From: an uncultured Acidobacteriaceae bacterium
GTDB taxonomy: Bacteria > Acidobacteriota > Terriglobia > Terriglobales > Acidobacteriaceae
NCBI GenBank assembly: GCA_964245235.1
Contig: CAXTLS010000013.1
Coordinates: 564 to 64,563, forward strand
DNA: 64,000 bases
Reading direction: 5' to 3'
Shown here: piece after piece, positions 34,584 through 46,300 of the stretch
How the letters are laid out: each line of letters starts with the position of its first letter
Numbering within the stretch: the first letter of the stretch is position 1
Translations under genes and position numbers: made by a program
The notes under the pieces: model-generated
What the model saw: only the letters and a program-made list of their open reading frames with translations
Told to the model about the DNA's origin: nothing
Database searches by the model: none

Positions 34584-36578
34584 TTACTTCTTGACCAGCT
34601 TCTTTGCATGCGCGACGACGTTCTCCACGCTGATGCCGTACTCTTCCATTACTTTCGGTCCTGGGGCTGAGGCGCCAAACTTATCAACGCCAATGATGCC
34701 GCCATTGTGCCCGACATACTTCCACCAGCCCATCGTTGCACCCGCTTCAACCGCCAGCTTCGGCGTATCCTCGGGCATGAGCTTAGCCTTGTAGGCGTCA
34801 TCCTGCTCATCGTAGATCGCGAAGCTCGGCATCGAAACCACCGAAGCATGGATGCCTTCTGCCTTCAATTTCTCAGCAGCCTGCAGAATCAAGGAGACTT
34901 CTGAACCGGTCGCAATCAGGATGATGTCCTTACCCGAGTCGTCAAGCGCGTACGCACCATGCGGCACGCCCTCGGCTACGTTGTACTTTGCCGTGTCGAG
35001 CACCGGCAGGTCCTGACGCGAGAGCGCCATAAACGCCGCCTTGTGCCGCTCAAGTGCCAGCCGCCAGCATGCAGCCGTCTCGTTCGCGTCCGCAGGTCGG
35101 AAGTCTGTAAGCTGCGGGATAGCGCGCAGACTCATCAGGTGTTCCACCGGTTGATGCGTCGGACCATCCGCGCCGAGACCGATCGAATCGTGGGTGAAGA
35201 TGTAGAGCGAGTGCGACGATTGCAGGGCTCCCATGCGCAGGGCAGAACGGCAATAGTCGGAGAAGGTGAAGAAGGTTGACCCGAACGGAATCAGTCCGCC
35301 ATGCGCCGCCATGCCGTTGACCGCAGCCATCATGCCAAACTCACGCACGCCAAAAAAGACATTGCGGCCTTTGGGATCAAGGTGGAAGTTCTCCGAATCC
35401 TTGAAGATCGTCTTGGTCGAACTGGTCAGGTCGGCCGCACCGCCGAACAACTCCGGAACCACGCCTTCAATTGCATTCATCACCATCTGTCCCGCATTGC
35501 GCGTGGCGATCGGCTTATCAGGCGGGAATACCGGGAGTTTCTTCTCCCAGCCTTCCTGGAGCTTCATTGAAGTCCGGCGGTCAAACTCTTCTGCCTTCTC
35601 CGGGTAGGACTTCGCATACTCCTCATACTTCGCCTGCCATGCGGCATGCTCCTTTTTACCCTTTTCGACCAGCGAGCCCCAGTTCTTCGCTGCAGCCTCC
35701 GGCACGTAGAAGCTCTTATCCTCAGGCCAGTTCAGGTTGCACTTCGTCGCCTTGGTCGCTTCCGGTCCGAGCGCCTCGCCATGAACACTCTTCGTCCCTG
35801 CCTTCGGGCTGCCATAGCCGATTACCGTCCGAACCTTAATGAGCGAGGGCCGCGTCGTCTCTGCCTTCGCGTTCTCGATGGCCATCGTTAGCGCCTCTAG
35901 ATCGTTGCCGTCCCCAACCGTCTGCACGTGCCAGTGGTACGCCTTGAAGCGCTCCACAACATCCTCGGTAAAGGAAAGATCCGTCGGCCCATCCAGGGAG
36001 ATCAGGTTATCGTCGTACAGCACGATCAGCTTGCCCAGCTTCAGCGTTCCTGCCAGTGAAGACGCCTCGTGCGAGATTCCTTCCATCAGATCGCCATCGC
36101 CGCAGAGCACGTATGTATGGTGATCCACCGGAATCTGATTCTCGTGATTAAAGACGGCTGACAGGTGCTTCTCGGCGATTGCGAGACCCACTGCCTCGGC
36201 GAACCCCTGGCCCAGGGGTCCGGTCGTTACTTCAACGCCTGGCGTCTCGCCGTACTCCGGATGGCCGGGCGTATGCGATCCCCACTCGCGAAACTGCTCG
36301 AGCTGCGACATGGGCAGGTCGTAGCCAGAGAGGTGCAGCACGCCGTAAAGCAGCGCGGAAGCATGGCCATTCGACAACACGAAGCGGTCCCGGTCCGACC
36401 ACTTCGGATCACTCGGATCATGTTTCATGAATTTGTGAAACAAAAGGTACGCAATCGGTGCGCAGCCAAGCGGGGCGCCGGGATGGCCGTTCTTGGCCTT
36501 CTCCACCTGGTCTACAGCGAGAAAGCGGAGCGTATTGATAGATAACTGGTCAAGTTCCTGCTGTTGCTGGTCGCTCAT
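34584..36578 (-). CDS. tkt: Transketolase
   Basis: GHPG, DRFVLSNGH, TTGPLGQG, GDGDLMEG, GVREFGM, THDSIG.G.DGPTHQP; GAGGAG RBS. Confidence 0.97.
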   Translation of the reverse strand: MSDQQQQELDQLSINTLRFLAVDQVEKAKNGHPGAPLGCAPIAYLLFHKFMKHDPSDPKWSDRDRFVLSNGHASALLYGVLHLSGYDLPMSQLEQFREWGSHTPGHPEYGETPGVEVTTGPLGQGFAEAVGLAIAEKHLSAVFNHENQIPVDHHTYVLCGDGDLMEGISHEASSLAGTLKLGKLIVLYDDNLISLDGPTDLSFTEDVVERFKAYHWHVQTVGDGNDLEALTMAIENAKAETTRPSLIKVRTVIGYGSPKAGTKSVHGEALGPEATKATKCNLNWPEDKSFYVPEAAAKNWGSLVEKGKKEHAAWQAKYEEYAKSYPEKAEEFDRRTSMKLQEGWEKKLPVFPPDKPIATRNAGQMVMNAIEGVVPELFGGAADLTSSTKTIFKDSENFHLDPKGRNVFFGVREFGMMAAVNGMAAHGGLIPFGSTFFTFSDYCRSALRMGALQSSHSLYIFTHDSIGLGADGPTHQPVEHLMSLRAIPQLTDFRPADANETAACWRLALERHKAAFMALSRQDLPVLDTAKYNVAEGVPHGAYALDDSGKDIILIATGSEVSLILQAAEKLKAEGIHASVVSMPSFAIYDEQDDAYKAKLMPEDTPKLAVEAGATMGWWKYVGHNGGIIGVDKFGASAPGPKVMEEYGISVENVVAHAKKLVKK

Positions 36579-36682
36579 TCTTCTCCTCAAGTTCCGCGCG
36601 GCGCGGCTTCTACTTCAAGTTCACAGCGCAGCTAGCGCGCTGTCTGACAGTGTACAAGCGAGACGTCTTCAAGCACTGCGCC

Positions 36683-39145
36683 TCACCCAGCGGGTCGGGG
36701 ATCGGGGCTGGTGAGCTTAACATCAATGTTGCGACCAAGCCACTGGCCGTCTCCGTTTTGGTCGTGCCCCGTCCATTGCAACGTGAAAATGATGCTGCCG
36801 GTCTGCTCCGGGGTGGTGAAGATATCCGCATACGATCCGGGGTAGCCGACCGCCTTTCCCTCTACTTCTGTCTTCGTCTTCCAATCGTCCATCGTATAGA
36901 TGACGCGAAAGGGCTTCGCGTCCACAAGGCGCAGCATCAACCCCGCAGTTAAGGTCGTTACCGGACGCGAGATCTGGTAGATCTCCACCAAGCTATGAAA
37001 ATTTCGGTCCTTTACTGGCCGGCTATATCGATCCTCGACTACCGAGATCCGGTCGAAGACGCGGCCGTCCACCGTCGATCGCAGCAGCTTCAGGTACTCC
37101 GAGTGAGCCCACACCAGGGGCTGCGCCGAGCCGGCCGACTTGCCAAAGTACAGCCCCTCGGACGGCAGATCCTCGGTGTCCCAGACTTGCTCCGGCAACA
37201 TCCCTCCCACGGAGCTGAACTTCTCGTACGCGGCGATAAATGGCTTCACGTCGCCGCCCGCTTCCAGCTCATAGTGCGCCCGCTCGCCTCCCAGCAGCGG
37301 CCAGGCGCGCCCCTGGCCCCATCCCTCGTAGGGTCCGCCATCCTTCCGCTGGCCATAACCGTCATGGTTATAGCGCCGCCACGCCGCACCATAGGGCGTT
37401 TCGATCTTCAGACAATGGTCCACAACCTTGAGTGAATCGACGATCAGCGGGTCGTCTGCCCGACGAACTCCGTACCGGACCAGCTCGAGAAATCCTGCAT
37501 CGATAACTTCCCGCGCTTCAAAGTTGTATTGCTCCCCCGGTCCGCGGTTTGCAAGATGGATATTCCCAAGCGGAATCTGGTCATTGTGGAACGGCTCACC
37601 GGGAGCTGGTGGACGGATGCGCATGTAATGCCGTTTTACTTCGGGCAGCAGCACGCCATTGTTCGTCGTGGTCCACTGGTCCAGATTGGCCTCGATCCAG
37701 TCCGCATACGTTTCGAGGAAGCTGGCCAGTTCCACTGCGCCATGGGCGCGCGCTATATCGGCAGCGCAGACCAGCCCTGAGATCACCGCCGCCAGGGTGG
37801 ACGGCGAGTACCCGGCGTTCTCCTCCCACCGCTCCTGCTGGGTCACCGGCGCATACCGGACCAGAAATGCTGCCGCTGCTTCCACAAAAGAGAATACGTC
37901 GAAGCTCCCCAGCCCATCCAGCTTCCACAGCCGCCAGGCGAGCATAATCGGGAAGGCAACCTCGTCCAACTGGATGCCCGTCCAGTAGGGCGTTCCGTCG
38001 ATCCAGAAGTTTTGCGCGAAGCTGCCGTCCGGCTGCTGCGTACAGGCAAGATAGACCAGTGCCCGGCGGGCCGTATCCGTGCGGCCGCATGCCAGGAGCG
38101 CCGTCGCTGTCTGCACCATGTCCCGGGTCCAGACCAGGTGGTAGCCACCTAGATCGTCATCGCCCTTTGACGCTCCCCAGGGGATCGATGCTGAGGCGAT
38201 AAACGCGCCCGAGTACGTCTTGTCCTCATGGGCAAGCAGGACGTTTTCGCTGATCCGCGTCAGCGTTCCGGCGTCCATCGCCACCGTTGCCAGCTTATCC
38301 GGCGCGCCGGCCCGCTTCCACTGCACCACGAATCGCGTCGCATGCTCCGGGTACGGAGTTGACAACGTCTGCATCATCCCTGCCAGCGCCGCATGGTGGC
38401 CATCGCCCAACGCCACTGCGATCGTAAACTCCCGGTGGCTGGCTACGTCGATCTCACCCATGACGGCGATATTGCCATCCATCGCCTGGCCAAACTGCCA
38501 GTCCATCTTCATGTTGCTGATGAGGTCCTGGAATCCGTCGCTTGTCCCCGCGTAACCGCAAGATGATCGTGTAAAGCCGCAGTCCGCACCCAGGGCCAGC
38601 GACGTGTTGCCCTTCCACGCCAGCACCGCCCGCTGGCCCGCAATTAGGATCGACCGAGCCGAGTTCCCCGCCCCGCCGCCATCCAGATGGGGCGCCAGAA
38701 GTGCATAGCACTTCAGACGCGACAGAACTGCCTCGTCGCCGGTTACCTTCACGTTCATCAGCACCACCGGATGGTGCGGGTCGCTGATGAACTCCTTGGT
38801 TACGCGGTATCGCCCTTCGCGCTCGCCGCCCGACACGCGTACGGCCAGCGCGTCGGCATCGATGTAATTGAAATCGTAGTTAAAATCGCGCTTCTCTTCA
38901 TGAAAGAAGCTTTCGCCGTCGGTAAACAGCAGTTCCATGTCGCGTGTCTGGGGCCGATCGATAGTCGGATAGTAGATCTCGTTCATTGTTCCGTGCGACG
39001 TCGTAAACCAGACCCGGCTGGAGGCCGCATAGGCTGTAATTACCGCATCCTTGCGGCTGGAAGTCCAGCGCGGCGGCAGGCCAGGAGCCCCAAACGCGGG
39101 TCCCTGGTCATCGAGCCAGCGATACGAAACGGCAAGATCACTCAT
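36683..39145 (-). CDS. GH15 glucoamylase/glucodextranase-like glycoside hydrolase (cytoplasmic)
   Basis: SASIPWG, YHLVWTRD, QERWEE, RYNHDGYG, LPEQVW, SAQPLVWAH. Confidence 0.92.
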   Translation of the reverse strand: MSDLAVSYRWLDDQGPAFGAPGLPPRWTSSRKDAVITAYAASSRVWFTTSHGTMNEIYYPTIDRPQTRDMELLFTDGESFFHEEKRDFNYDFNYIDADALAVRVSGGEREGRYRVTKEFISDPHHPVVLMNVKVTGDEAVLSRLKCYALLAPHLDGGGAGNSARSILIAGQRAVLAWKGNTSLALGADCGFTRSSCGYAGTSDGFQDLISNMKMDWQFGQAMDGNIAVMGEIDVASHREFTIAVALGDGHHAALAGMMQTLSTPYPEHATRFVVQWKRAGAPDKLATVAMDAGTLTRISENVLLAHEDKTYSGAFIASASIPWGASKGDDDLGGYHLVWTRDMVQTATALLACGRTDTARRALVYLACTQQPDGSFAQNFWIDGTPYWTGIQLDEVAFPIMLAWRLWKLDGLGSFDVFSFVEAAAAFLVRYAPVTQQERWEENAGYSPSTLAAVISGLVCAADIARAHGAVELASFLETYADWIEANLDQWTTTNNGVLLPEVKRHYMRIRPPAPGEPFHNDQIPLGNIHLANRGPGEQYNFEAREVIDAGFLELVRYGVRRADDPLIVDSLKVVDHCLKIETPYGAAWRRYNHDGYGQRKDGGPYEGWGQGRAWPLLGGERAHYELEAGGDVKPFIAAYEKFSSVGGMLPEQVWDTEDLPSEGLYFGKSAGSAQPLVWAHSEYLKLLRSTVDGRVFDRISVVEDRYSRPVKDRNFHSLVEIYQISRPVTTLTAGLMLRLVDAKPFRVIYTMDDWKTKTEVEGKAVGYPGSYADIFTTPEQTGSIIFTLQWTGHDQNGDGQWLGRNIDVKLTSPDPRPAG

Positions 39146-39395
39146 CGAGATATTAGAAACCAAAACCGGGCGGCGCGGGAGAACAGACGACAAATGGCTG
39201 TCCCGCTCCAGGCGACTCACGCCCCATGGAATCCCGCGAAGATCTTCCCTGCGCTATGATTCGGGTGTCGCATCGGCCGCCAGCAATCTGCATTAATCGA
39301 GACCGCGACCGCATCGAAGAACGACATAGACCTTGAGGTCGACTTCCTCAAGCACCGAGCCACACCCACGACCGTGCCCTGCACAGGAGAACACA

Positions 39396-40007
39396 ATGGC
39401 CTTTGAACTTCCCCCGCTTCCTTACGACTACGCCGCGCTTGAGCCCTTCATCGACGAAGCAACCATGAAGCTTCACCACGACAAGCACCACCAGACCTAC
39501 GTCACCAACCTGAACGGAGCCGTTGAGAAATATCCGGAGCTCGGCAAAAAGACGCCCGAAGAATTGATTAAGGACCTCCCGAGCACCCCCGAGGACGTCC
39601 GGAAGGTCGTCCAGAACAATGGCGGCGGTCACGTCAACCACACTATGTTCTGGCAGATCATGCAGCCGAAGGGCGGCGGCGAGCCGACCGGCAACATCGG
39701 TGAGCAGATCAAGGCTGACTTCGGCGACTTCGAAAGCTTCAAGAAGCTCTTCAACGAGACCACGGCCAAGCAGTTCGGCTCCGGCTGGGGGTGGCTGGTC
39801 TTCGAGGGCGGTAAGCTCAAGGTCATCACGACGGCGAACCAGGACAATCCGCTCACGCAGGGGCTCTACCCAATCCTCGGCAACGACGTCTGGGAGCATG
39901 CCTACTACCTCAAGTACCAGAATAAGCGGCCGGACTATCTTGCCGCCTGGTGGAACACGGTCAACTGGCAGGAGATCAACAAGCGCTTTGAAACCGCCAG
40001 CAAGTAG
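39396..40007 (+). CDS. sodA: Superoxide dismutase [Mn]
   Basis: [30 protein letters not shown]; GGG and NQD indicate the Mn type; AGGAG RBS. Confidence 0.95.
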   Translation: MAFELPPLPYDYAALEPFIDEATMKLHHDKHHQTYVTNLNGAVEKYPELGKKTPEELIKDLPSTPEDVRKVVQNNGGGHVNHTMFWQIMQPKGGGEPTGNIGEQIKADFGDFESFKKLFNETTAKQFGSGWGWLVFEGGKLKVITTANQDNPLTQGLYPILGNDVWEHAYYLKYQNKRPDYLAAWWNTVNWQEINKRFETASK

Positions 40008-40032
40008 ATCTGAGCTGTTGACGGCCTGATCG

Positions 40033-40063
40033 GGTGCTGCCTCCGGGCAGCACCTTTCTATTT
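40033..40063 (+). terminator. Rho-independent terminator of sodA
   Basis: GGTGCTGCC-TCCG-GGCAGCACC-TTTCTATTT. Confidence 0.85.
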
Positions 40064-40315
40064 GATCTCCACTGGTCGACCTCGGATTGTAGGTACAAAT
40101 CCTGAGTAGTAGGACCACGAAAGCACCGCTCTATCGTGTGTCGTCTAGGCACGATCCGAGTATTTCGCCTGACTGCACTGTGATCTCTTCGCAGTCACTT
40201 CACAGGAGCGACAGTCAGTAATGGCCGTTTGCGCTAAACTAGGAAAGACGCGCATTTCCCTTCCAGCATCAGCCTCAAGCGCCAAGCCCTCCATAGAACA
40301 GGACGTACACCCGAA

Positions 40316-42154
40316 GTGAGTACTCAGACGACCGCCCAAGCTATTCGTAATATCGCTATCATCGCCCACGTCGACCATGGTAAGACCACCCTCGTCGATG
40401 CCATGCTCCGCCAGTCCGGCACCTTCCGTTCGAACGAAGCCGTTGCCGAGCGCGTGATGGATTCGAATGACCTCGAAAAAGAGCGTGGCATCACCATCCT
40501 TGCCAAGAACACGGCGATTCAGTACCACGACTCCAAGATCAATATCGTCGACACCCCGGGCCACGCGGACTTCGGCGGCGAGGTCGAACGGGCGCTCAAG
40601 ATGGTCGACGGTGTCGTCCTCCTCGTTGATGCCAGTGAAGGTCCCCTGCCGCAGACCCGTTACGTCCTGTCGAAGGCCCTCGAGGCTAAGCTCACCCCGA
40701 TCATCGTCATCAACAAGATTGATCGGCCTGATGCCCGCACCCAGGAAGTACTGAACGAGGTCTACGACCTCTTCATCGACCTCGACGCCGACGAGTCCAT
40801 CCTTGAGTTCCCGGTCATCTATACGAACGGTAAGGCCGGCACCGCCACCATGGACCTCGCCGTCCCTGGCACCGACCTGCAACCCCTCTTCGAGCTCATC
40901 TTTAAGACCATCCCGGCCGCGCCGGGAACGCCGGACGGCGACCTGCAGGTCCTCGTAACCAATCTCGACTACTCTGATTACCTCGGCCGCCTGGCCATCG
41001 CCCGCGTCTTCAATGGCACGCTGAGGATTGGGCAGGAGGTCAACCTCGCCAAGCTGGACGGCACCATGCAGCCGGTCAAGGTCACCAAGCTCTTTACCTT
41101 TCACGGCCTCAAGCGCGAAGACACCACCGAGACCGAGGTCGGCGACATTGTCGCCATTGCCGGCATCCCGGGTATTACCATCGGCGAGAGCTTCTGCGAC
41201 CTTGTTGACCCCAAACCGCTGCCGCCGATCAAGATCGACGACCCGACCATTGCCATCGTCTTCTCCGTCAACAACGGGCCATTCGCAGGCCGCGAGGGCA
41301 AGCTCGTCACATCGCGCAACATTAAGGAGCGCCTCGAAAAAGAGCTTCTGACCAACGTCTCGATCCGGGTCGAAGACACCGGCACCCCGGACAACTTCAA
41401 GGTTCTCGGCCGGGGCGAGCTACAGCTCTCCGTTCTCATCGAGATGATGCGCCGCGAGGGCTTTGAGCTCATGGTTTCGCGTCCCACCATCGTCACCAAG
41501 CGTGTGGACGGCGCCCTCATGGAGCCCTCCGAGGTCCTCACCATTGACATCCCGGAGAACTTTGTCGGCACCGTGATCGAGCGTCTCGGACCGAGAAAGG
41601 GCGAGATGGTCAAGATGGCGAATCACGGCTCCGGCCGCGTCCGCATGGAGTTCAAGGTCCCCTCAAGAGGCCTCATCGGTCTCCGCAATGAGATGCTGAC
41701 CGAGACCCGCGGCACCATCGTCATGAACTCCATTGCCGGCGAGTACATCCCCTATCAGGGTGAGATCCCGCAGCGTCCCTCGGGCGCCCTCATCTCCGAC
41801 CGGACGGGCATTACGACGACGTACGCGCTTGACGGCGTCCAGGAACGCGGCATCCTCTTTATCGGCGATGGTGTCGAGGTCTATGAGGGTATGCTGGTCG
41901 GCGAGCACTCGCGCGATAACGATCTGGACGTCAACGCGGTGCGCGAAAAGAAGCTCACCAACATGCGTGCCTCCGGGTCGGACGATGCTCTCCGCCTCGT
42001 CCCGTTCAAAGTTCTCACCCTCGAGCAATCGATCGAGTTCATTGCCGATGACGAGCTCGTCGAGGTCACGCCGAAGTCCCTGCGTATGCGGAAGAAGGTT
42101 CTCCAGGCCAACCGGCGTCCCAAGGGCACCCGCGGCGGGTCCGTCCTCGAGTAA
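40316..42154 (+). CDS. typA: Translational GTPase TypA/BipA
   Basis: [57 protein letters not shown]. Confidence 0.97.
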   Translation: MSTQTTAQAIRNIAIIAHVDHGKTTLVDAMLRQSGTFRSNEAVAERVMDSNDLEKERGITILAKNTAIQYHDSKINIVDTPGHADFGGEVERALKMVDGVVLLVDASEGPLPQTRYVLSKALEAKLTPIIVINKIDRPDARTQEVLNEVYDLFIDLDADESILEFPVIYTNGKAGTATMDLAVPGTDLQPLFELIFKTIPAAPGTPDGDLQVLVTNLDYSDYLGRLAIARVFNGTLRIGQEVNLAKLDGTMQPVKVTKLFTFHGLKREDTTETEVGDIVAIAGIPGITIGESFCDLVDPKPLPPIKIDDPTIAIVFSVNNGPFAGREGKLVTSRNIKERLEKELLTNVSIRVEDTGTPDNFKVLGRGELQLSVLIEMMRREGFELMVSRPTIVTKRVDGALMEPSEVLTIDIPENFVGTVIERLGPRKGEMVKMANHGSGRVRMEFKVPSRGLIGLRNEMLTETRGTIVMNSIAGEYIPYQGEIPQRPSGALISDRTGITTTYALDGVQERGILFIGDGVEVYEGMLVGEHSRDNDLDVNAVREKKLTNMRASGSDDALRLVPFKVLTLEQSIEFIADDELVEVTPKSLRMRKKVLQANRRPKGTRGGSVLE

Positions 42155-42171
42155 GCCGTTCTTTCCTCCAA

Positions 42172-42201
42172 AAAGGCTGGACGATCACTCGTCCAGCCTT
42201 T
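42172..42201. terminator. Bidirectional terminator
   Basis: AAAGGCTGGACGA-TCAC-TCGTCCAGCCTTT perfect inverted repeat. Confidence 0.85.
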
Positions 42202-42226
42202 CCTGCATCAGGGGACGAGAGCTTGC

Positions 42227-42514
42227 TTAGAGCTGGCGAAGATTTGCCAGGTAGGCACGCCAGACCTCGCGGCGAGGCGTCAGCAGCTTGAAGCGGCCGT
42301 CCTTGGTAACCTTGATCAAGTCGGCGTTCTCGAGTTCACGCAGATGATGCGAGCAGGTCGCAGCCGAGATCGGAACCTGGCTCGCAACGCCGCCGCAGGT
42401 CATCTCGGTGCTGGCATAGATCTGGCGTAGCATCTCGTACCGGTTTGGGTCGGCAAGGGCGCGGGCAATGCGCTGAAGCTGCTCGGGCGTAAGAGTTGCG
42501 GCGGGCATAGACAT
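42227..42514 (-). CDS. ArsR/SmtB family transcriptional regulator
   Basis: ALADPNR..L, S.ATCSHHLREL..ADLI...KDGR winged HTH. Confidence 0.9.
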   Translation of the reverse strand: MSMPAATLTPEQLQRIARALADPNRYEMLRQIYASTEMTCGGVASQVPISAATCSHHLRELENADLIKVTKDGRFKLLTPRREVWRAYLANLRQL

Positions 42515-42578
42515 GGGTCTGCGTTGAGCCTCAGCGAAGGCGCGCAAGGAGCATCTGATGCCCCTCGCGCACGCTTCG

Positions 42579-43112
42579 CTACTGGGCTGTGATCTTGACG
42601 AACTCGTCGGTCGTCTCCCACCTGATGTGCAGCTCGGTCGAGGCGCCGGCAGTGTGCTCGAAGGAGAGCGACATTACCTCCTGGGGCGAGCTGAGCGGCT
42701 TGCTGGTCATCGGTGTGCGCCCAAGGTCCTGCTTCTGGTCATACTCGGTACCCCATTGCCCGGTCTGCTTGTTGATAATTAGCAGCCACTTGTCTGCACC
42801 GGGCAGAGAGTAGATCGTGTAGGTGCCGGCCGGAACATCCAGCGTGCCGATCTTGAGATTGGTGGCGGTCTTCAACGTGGTGGCGGGGTTAGCACCTGTG
42901 CGCCATACCTCGCCGTAGGGGACGAGGCCGCCCATGATCTTACGGCCACGCATGTGGGGCGTGTTGTAGTCGATGGTAACCGACTTGCCGTTCAACATTA
43001 CGGAGGCCTTCGCGGCCGGGCTGGGCAGAACCTTGGAAGCGGCCGCCTGAGCGAAACCTGCGGTAGCGACAAGAAGACTACAGGCAAAGGAAGCAAGTGG
43101 GCGGAGCAGCAT
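42579..43112 (-). CDS. DUF2911 family secreted protein
   Basis: SP, I.Y..P..RGR, VPYGEVWRTGAN.AT, QWGTEY. Confidence 0.88.
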   Translation of the reverse strand: MLLRPLASFACSLLVATAGFAQAAASKVLPSPAAKASVMLNGKSVTIDYNTPHMRGRKIMGGLVPYGEVWRTGANPATTLKTATNLKIGTLDVPAGTYTIYSLPGADKWLLIINKQTGQWGTEYDQKQDLGRTPMTSKPLSSPQEVMSLSFEHTAGASTELHIRWETTDEFVKITAQ

Positions 43113-43169
43113 GGGCGCGTTCTCTCTTTCGATTGGTCAGCTGGTGTGATCGTGCTACGCTTAAGGTAC

Positions 43170-43246
43170 GCGCCTGTAGCTCAGCTGGATAGAGCGGCAG
43201 CCTCCGAAGCTGTAGGTCGCAGGTTCGACTCCTGCCGGGCGCACCA
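43170..43246 (+). tRNA. tRNA-Arg (CCG)
   Basis: GCGCCTGTAGCTCAGCTGGATAGAGC-G-GCAGC-CT-CCG-AA-GCTGT...GGTTCGACTCC...GGGCGCACCA. Confidence 0.97.
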
Positions 43247-43322
43247 TCTTTATATAACGCAACAACAGGAAATGCGGCCCGGAGTTCGAGGGCTGTCTTT
43301 CTGTTGAGGGTGCAGCTTCAGC

Positions 43323-46300
43323 CTAGAAGAACAACTTCGCCGAAACCTGCAGCTGACGTGGTCCGTACAGCGTGTTGTTCGTACTGGACGGAGCGTCAAA
43401 TGCTGCCGTGCCCGTTCCGGCGAACGGCGTGATGCAGCCCTGGACAGGTGAGCCGGCAGGAGCAGCAGACTTGGTCGAACAGGTCGTCGACGTCGCAGTT
43501 GCGGCGACGTAAGTCGAGTAGGTAGAGTTCACACCGGTAATAATGCGGTGGTTAACCAGGTTGAACGATTCGCCGATGAACTGCAGCTTGATGTTCTCGT
43601 GAATCGGCACATCGCGGGAGATGCGGAAGTCCAGGTTGTTGAATCCCGGCCCAATGATGCTGTTGCGACCAATCTGCGGGGGACGGCCGGTGGTCGCCGC
43701 GCCCGAGGAGGAGCTCATGGCGCCGCCATAGATGCCGCCGGCCGAGCCATAGCTGCTCGAGCTGCCGTTGTAGACCGTACCGCTCATGCTGGCGACGATC
43801 GGCTGCCCGGCAGAGGCGGTCTCCGTTCCGGAGAAGACAAAGCCGTCGATGATCTGCTTCGCCCACTTATTGTCATGAAAGAGCTGCGGCTGGTAAACGA
43901 GGCTCAGGACGAAGCGGCTGCGAACGTCGAGGTCCGACAAGCCATTCTCCGCACGAACGTTGTTCGGATCGAGCACGGTGTTGCCGCCATAGAAGGTTCC
44001 GAAGGCGCCCTGGACCTGATCCGTATCAGTTGCCTTGGCCCAGGTGTAATTGCCGAGGACCTCAAGCCCATTAGCGAAGGGACGGCGCACGGTGACGGCA
44101 AGCGAGTTGTACCAGGCGTTCGCCACGCTGAAACCGGTGTTGTAGGACTGGAGCAGCGGGTTCCGGCGATCGGAAAGAATATACACAGGCACCGTAATCT
44201 GCTCAACCAAGGCGTTCGACGCGTTCAGAACGTTGTAGCTGCGTGAGCCGTGCGGTGTCTGGCCGACGAGGTTGGCATCGAGGAAGACTGGCAGCCGCAG
44301 TGTACGCGAGCCCACATAACCGACTCCAAGCGAGATTTTGCCGGGCAGCGCCTGCTCCACGCCGAGCTCCGCCTCATGCGAGAGCGGCGGAACGAAGTTC
44401 GGATCGAGGCCGTGGAAGCTCTGCACGCCCAGGTTGCCGGCACCCGAGACCGCAGGAGCCGTTCCGCCCGAGGGATAGAGCGACGTCGAGAGTGACGGAC
44501 CCGTGGGAATGAAGGGCACATTGGGGAAGGTGAGACCGGCAGCAGCTGCAGCAGCAGCCGTGCAGCTGGCTCCGCAGCCCTGATAGTTGTAGTTGATCTG
44601 CACGACGCCGTTCTCGACCCGCATCGCGTAGTACGTACTGCCCTGGTTCAGACCGGAGAAGAGACCGTAGCCGCCACGCACCACCGTGCCCTCGTGGGGC
44701 GAGTAGCTGAAGCCAATGCGCGGTTGCACGCGGTCGGTAACGTTCTTGATGGTGCTGCTGTAGTAGGTCGAGAGCGGGGCGTAGTTGGTGTTGTTCTTGA
44801 TCGGCGGCGGTGTGAGCTGGACGTCGTAGCGAACGCCGATGTTCAGCGTAAGATTCTGCCGGAGCTTCCAGCTATCCTCGGCAAAACCGTCGAAAATCTT
44901 GAACCAGAAGTCGTCCTTGCCCTGCGTGTTGGCAGCCGTGTTCAGCACGTCAATCGTTTGCACGAAGCTCGTGTAGTGATAGCCGGCGTACCGATCGGTA
45001 TCACCGGGCTGGCCGCGGAAGCTGTCCGCAGCCCAACTCTGAAAGTTCTGCAGTGCGGTGGAGCCGGCGTAGGAATAAACACCGCCGCCCTGGAAGAGAT
45101 TAATCATCACCTCGTGGACCAGGTTCGCGTCGCCACCAAACTTGAAGCTATGGTGGCCATGAACCGTCGAGAAGACGTCGGTAAATTGCGTGCGGTGCTC
45201 ATTCGGCTCCGCGATGCGCGGCAGTGCATTCGGCATACCGTAGGTCAGCAGGTTGCTAAGGCCGATGGACGGGCCGGCAGCGTTGGCGCCCGCAGTCTCG
45301 AGATCCTGTCCGTACTGGAAGTGAACCTGGTTCACCGATCGGCCGGAGACCTGCGTAGTCAGGCCGGCAATGAGAAAACGCTCGTGGTAGCTGGTGGGCC
45401 CATTGGTGCTCGGAGAGCTGTTGCTGAAAGTCGGAGCCGAAGAGTACCCATAGCTGCTGTCAAAGTCAGCGAAGTTGTAGTTCACAAACATGTCGTTCTT
45501 GCTGTTGATGTGGAAGTCCAACCGCGGGAAGAAGATGTTCTCCTTCGCAAATCGTACCGGCGGCGGCGCGGTGGCATCGGAGGTGGACAAGAGAAAGTTG
45601 ATGGCGCTGAGGCACTGCGCGGAGGTAATGGTGGCAGGGCACTGCGTCGGCGTGATGGTGGTCGTCGAAGCGGTCATTCCAGAGGGCGTCGTCGCAATGA
45701 TGTTGGTGTTCGAGTAGAGAACACGGCCGACGCGCCGGAAACCATCATAGGTAAAGAAGTAGAACAGGCGATCCTTGATCACCGGCCCGCCGACGCTGCC
45801 GCCAAACTGCTGCTGCTGATGGATGGGCTGGGTCAGCAGGAACGGATTGCCGCCGTGAAGCCCCTGGTACTTGCTGACCGGATCAAGCGCGTTCAGAGTC
45901 GGGTAGCGTAGATAGTAGAATGCATCGCCGTGAATCGCATTCGTACCAGACTTGGTGATCGCGTTGACCTGGCCTCCGACCGCCTGGCCGAACTCAACCG
46001 AGTAGTTCGAAGTCTCGGCCTGGAACTCCTTGATAGAGTCGAGCGAGTAGACGTAGGGAGCACCCGAGGAGCGGCCCCGAGCCTCCGAGAACAGCATTTG
46101 GTTATTATTCGCGCCGTCGACGTAGTTCTGGTTGTAGAGGCCACTGATGCCGTGAAAGCTGACCAGGCCGGTGCCGCCATCCTGCACAACGTTGGGCGTC
46201 AGCAGGACGAAGTCGCTCCAGTTGCGCCCGTTCACGGGCAGGTTCGAGATAAGCGTTTGGTCGACGGTCTGCGAAACCTCGGTCTTCTCCGTGTCGATCA

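Noticed and set aside
40081-40160. Hammerhead ribozyme or c-di-GMP riboswitch reading (CTGAG...CGAAA)
   Set aside because: The CUGAnGA core and helix geometry do not fit, and the GEMM consensus is only loosely matched; kept as an unassigned structured element.
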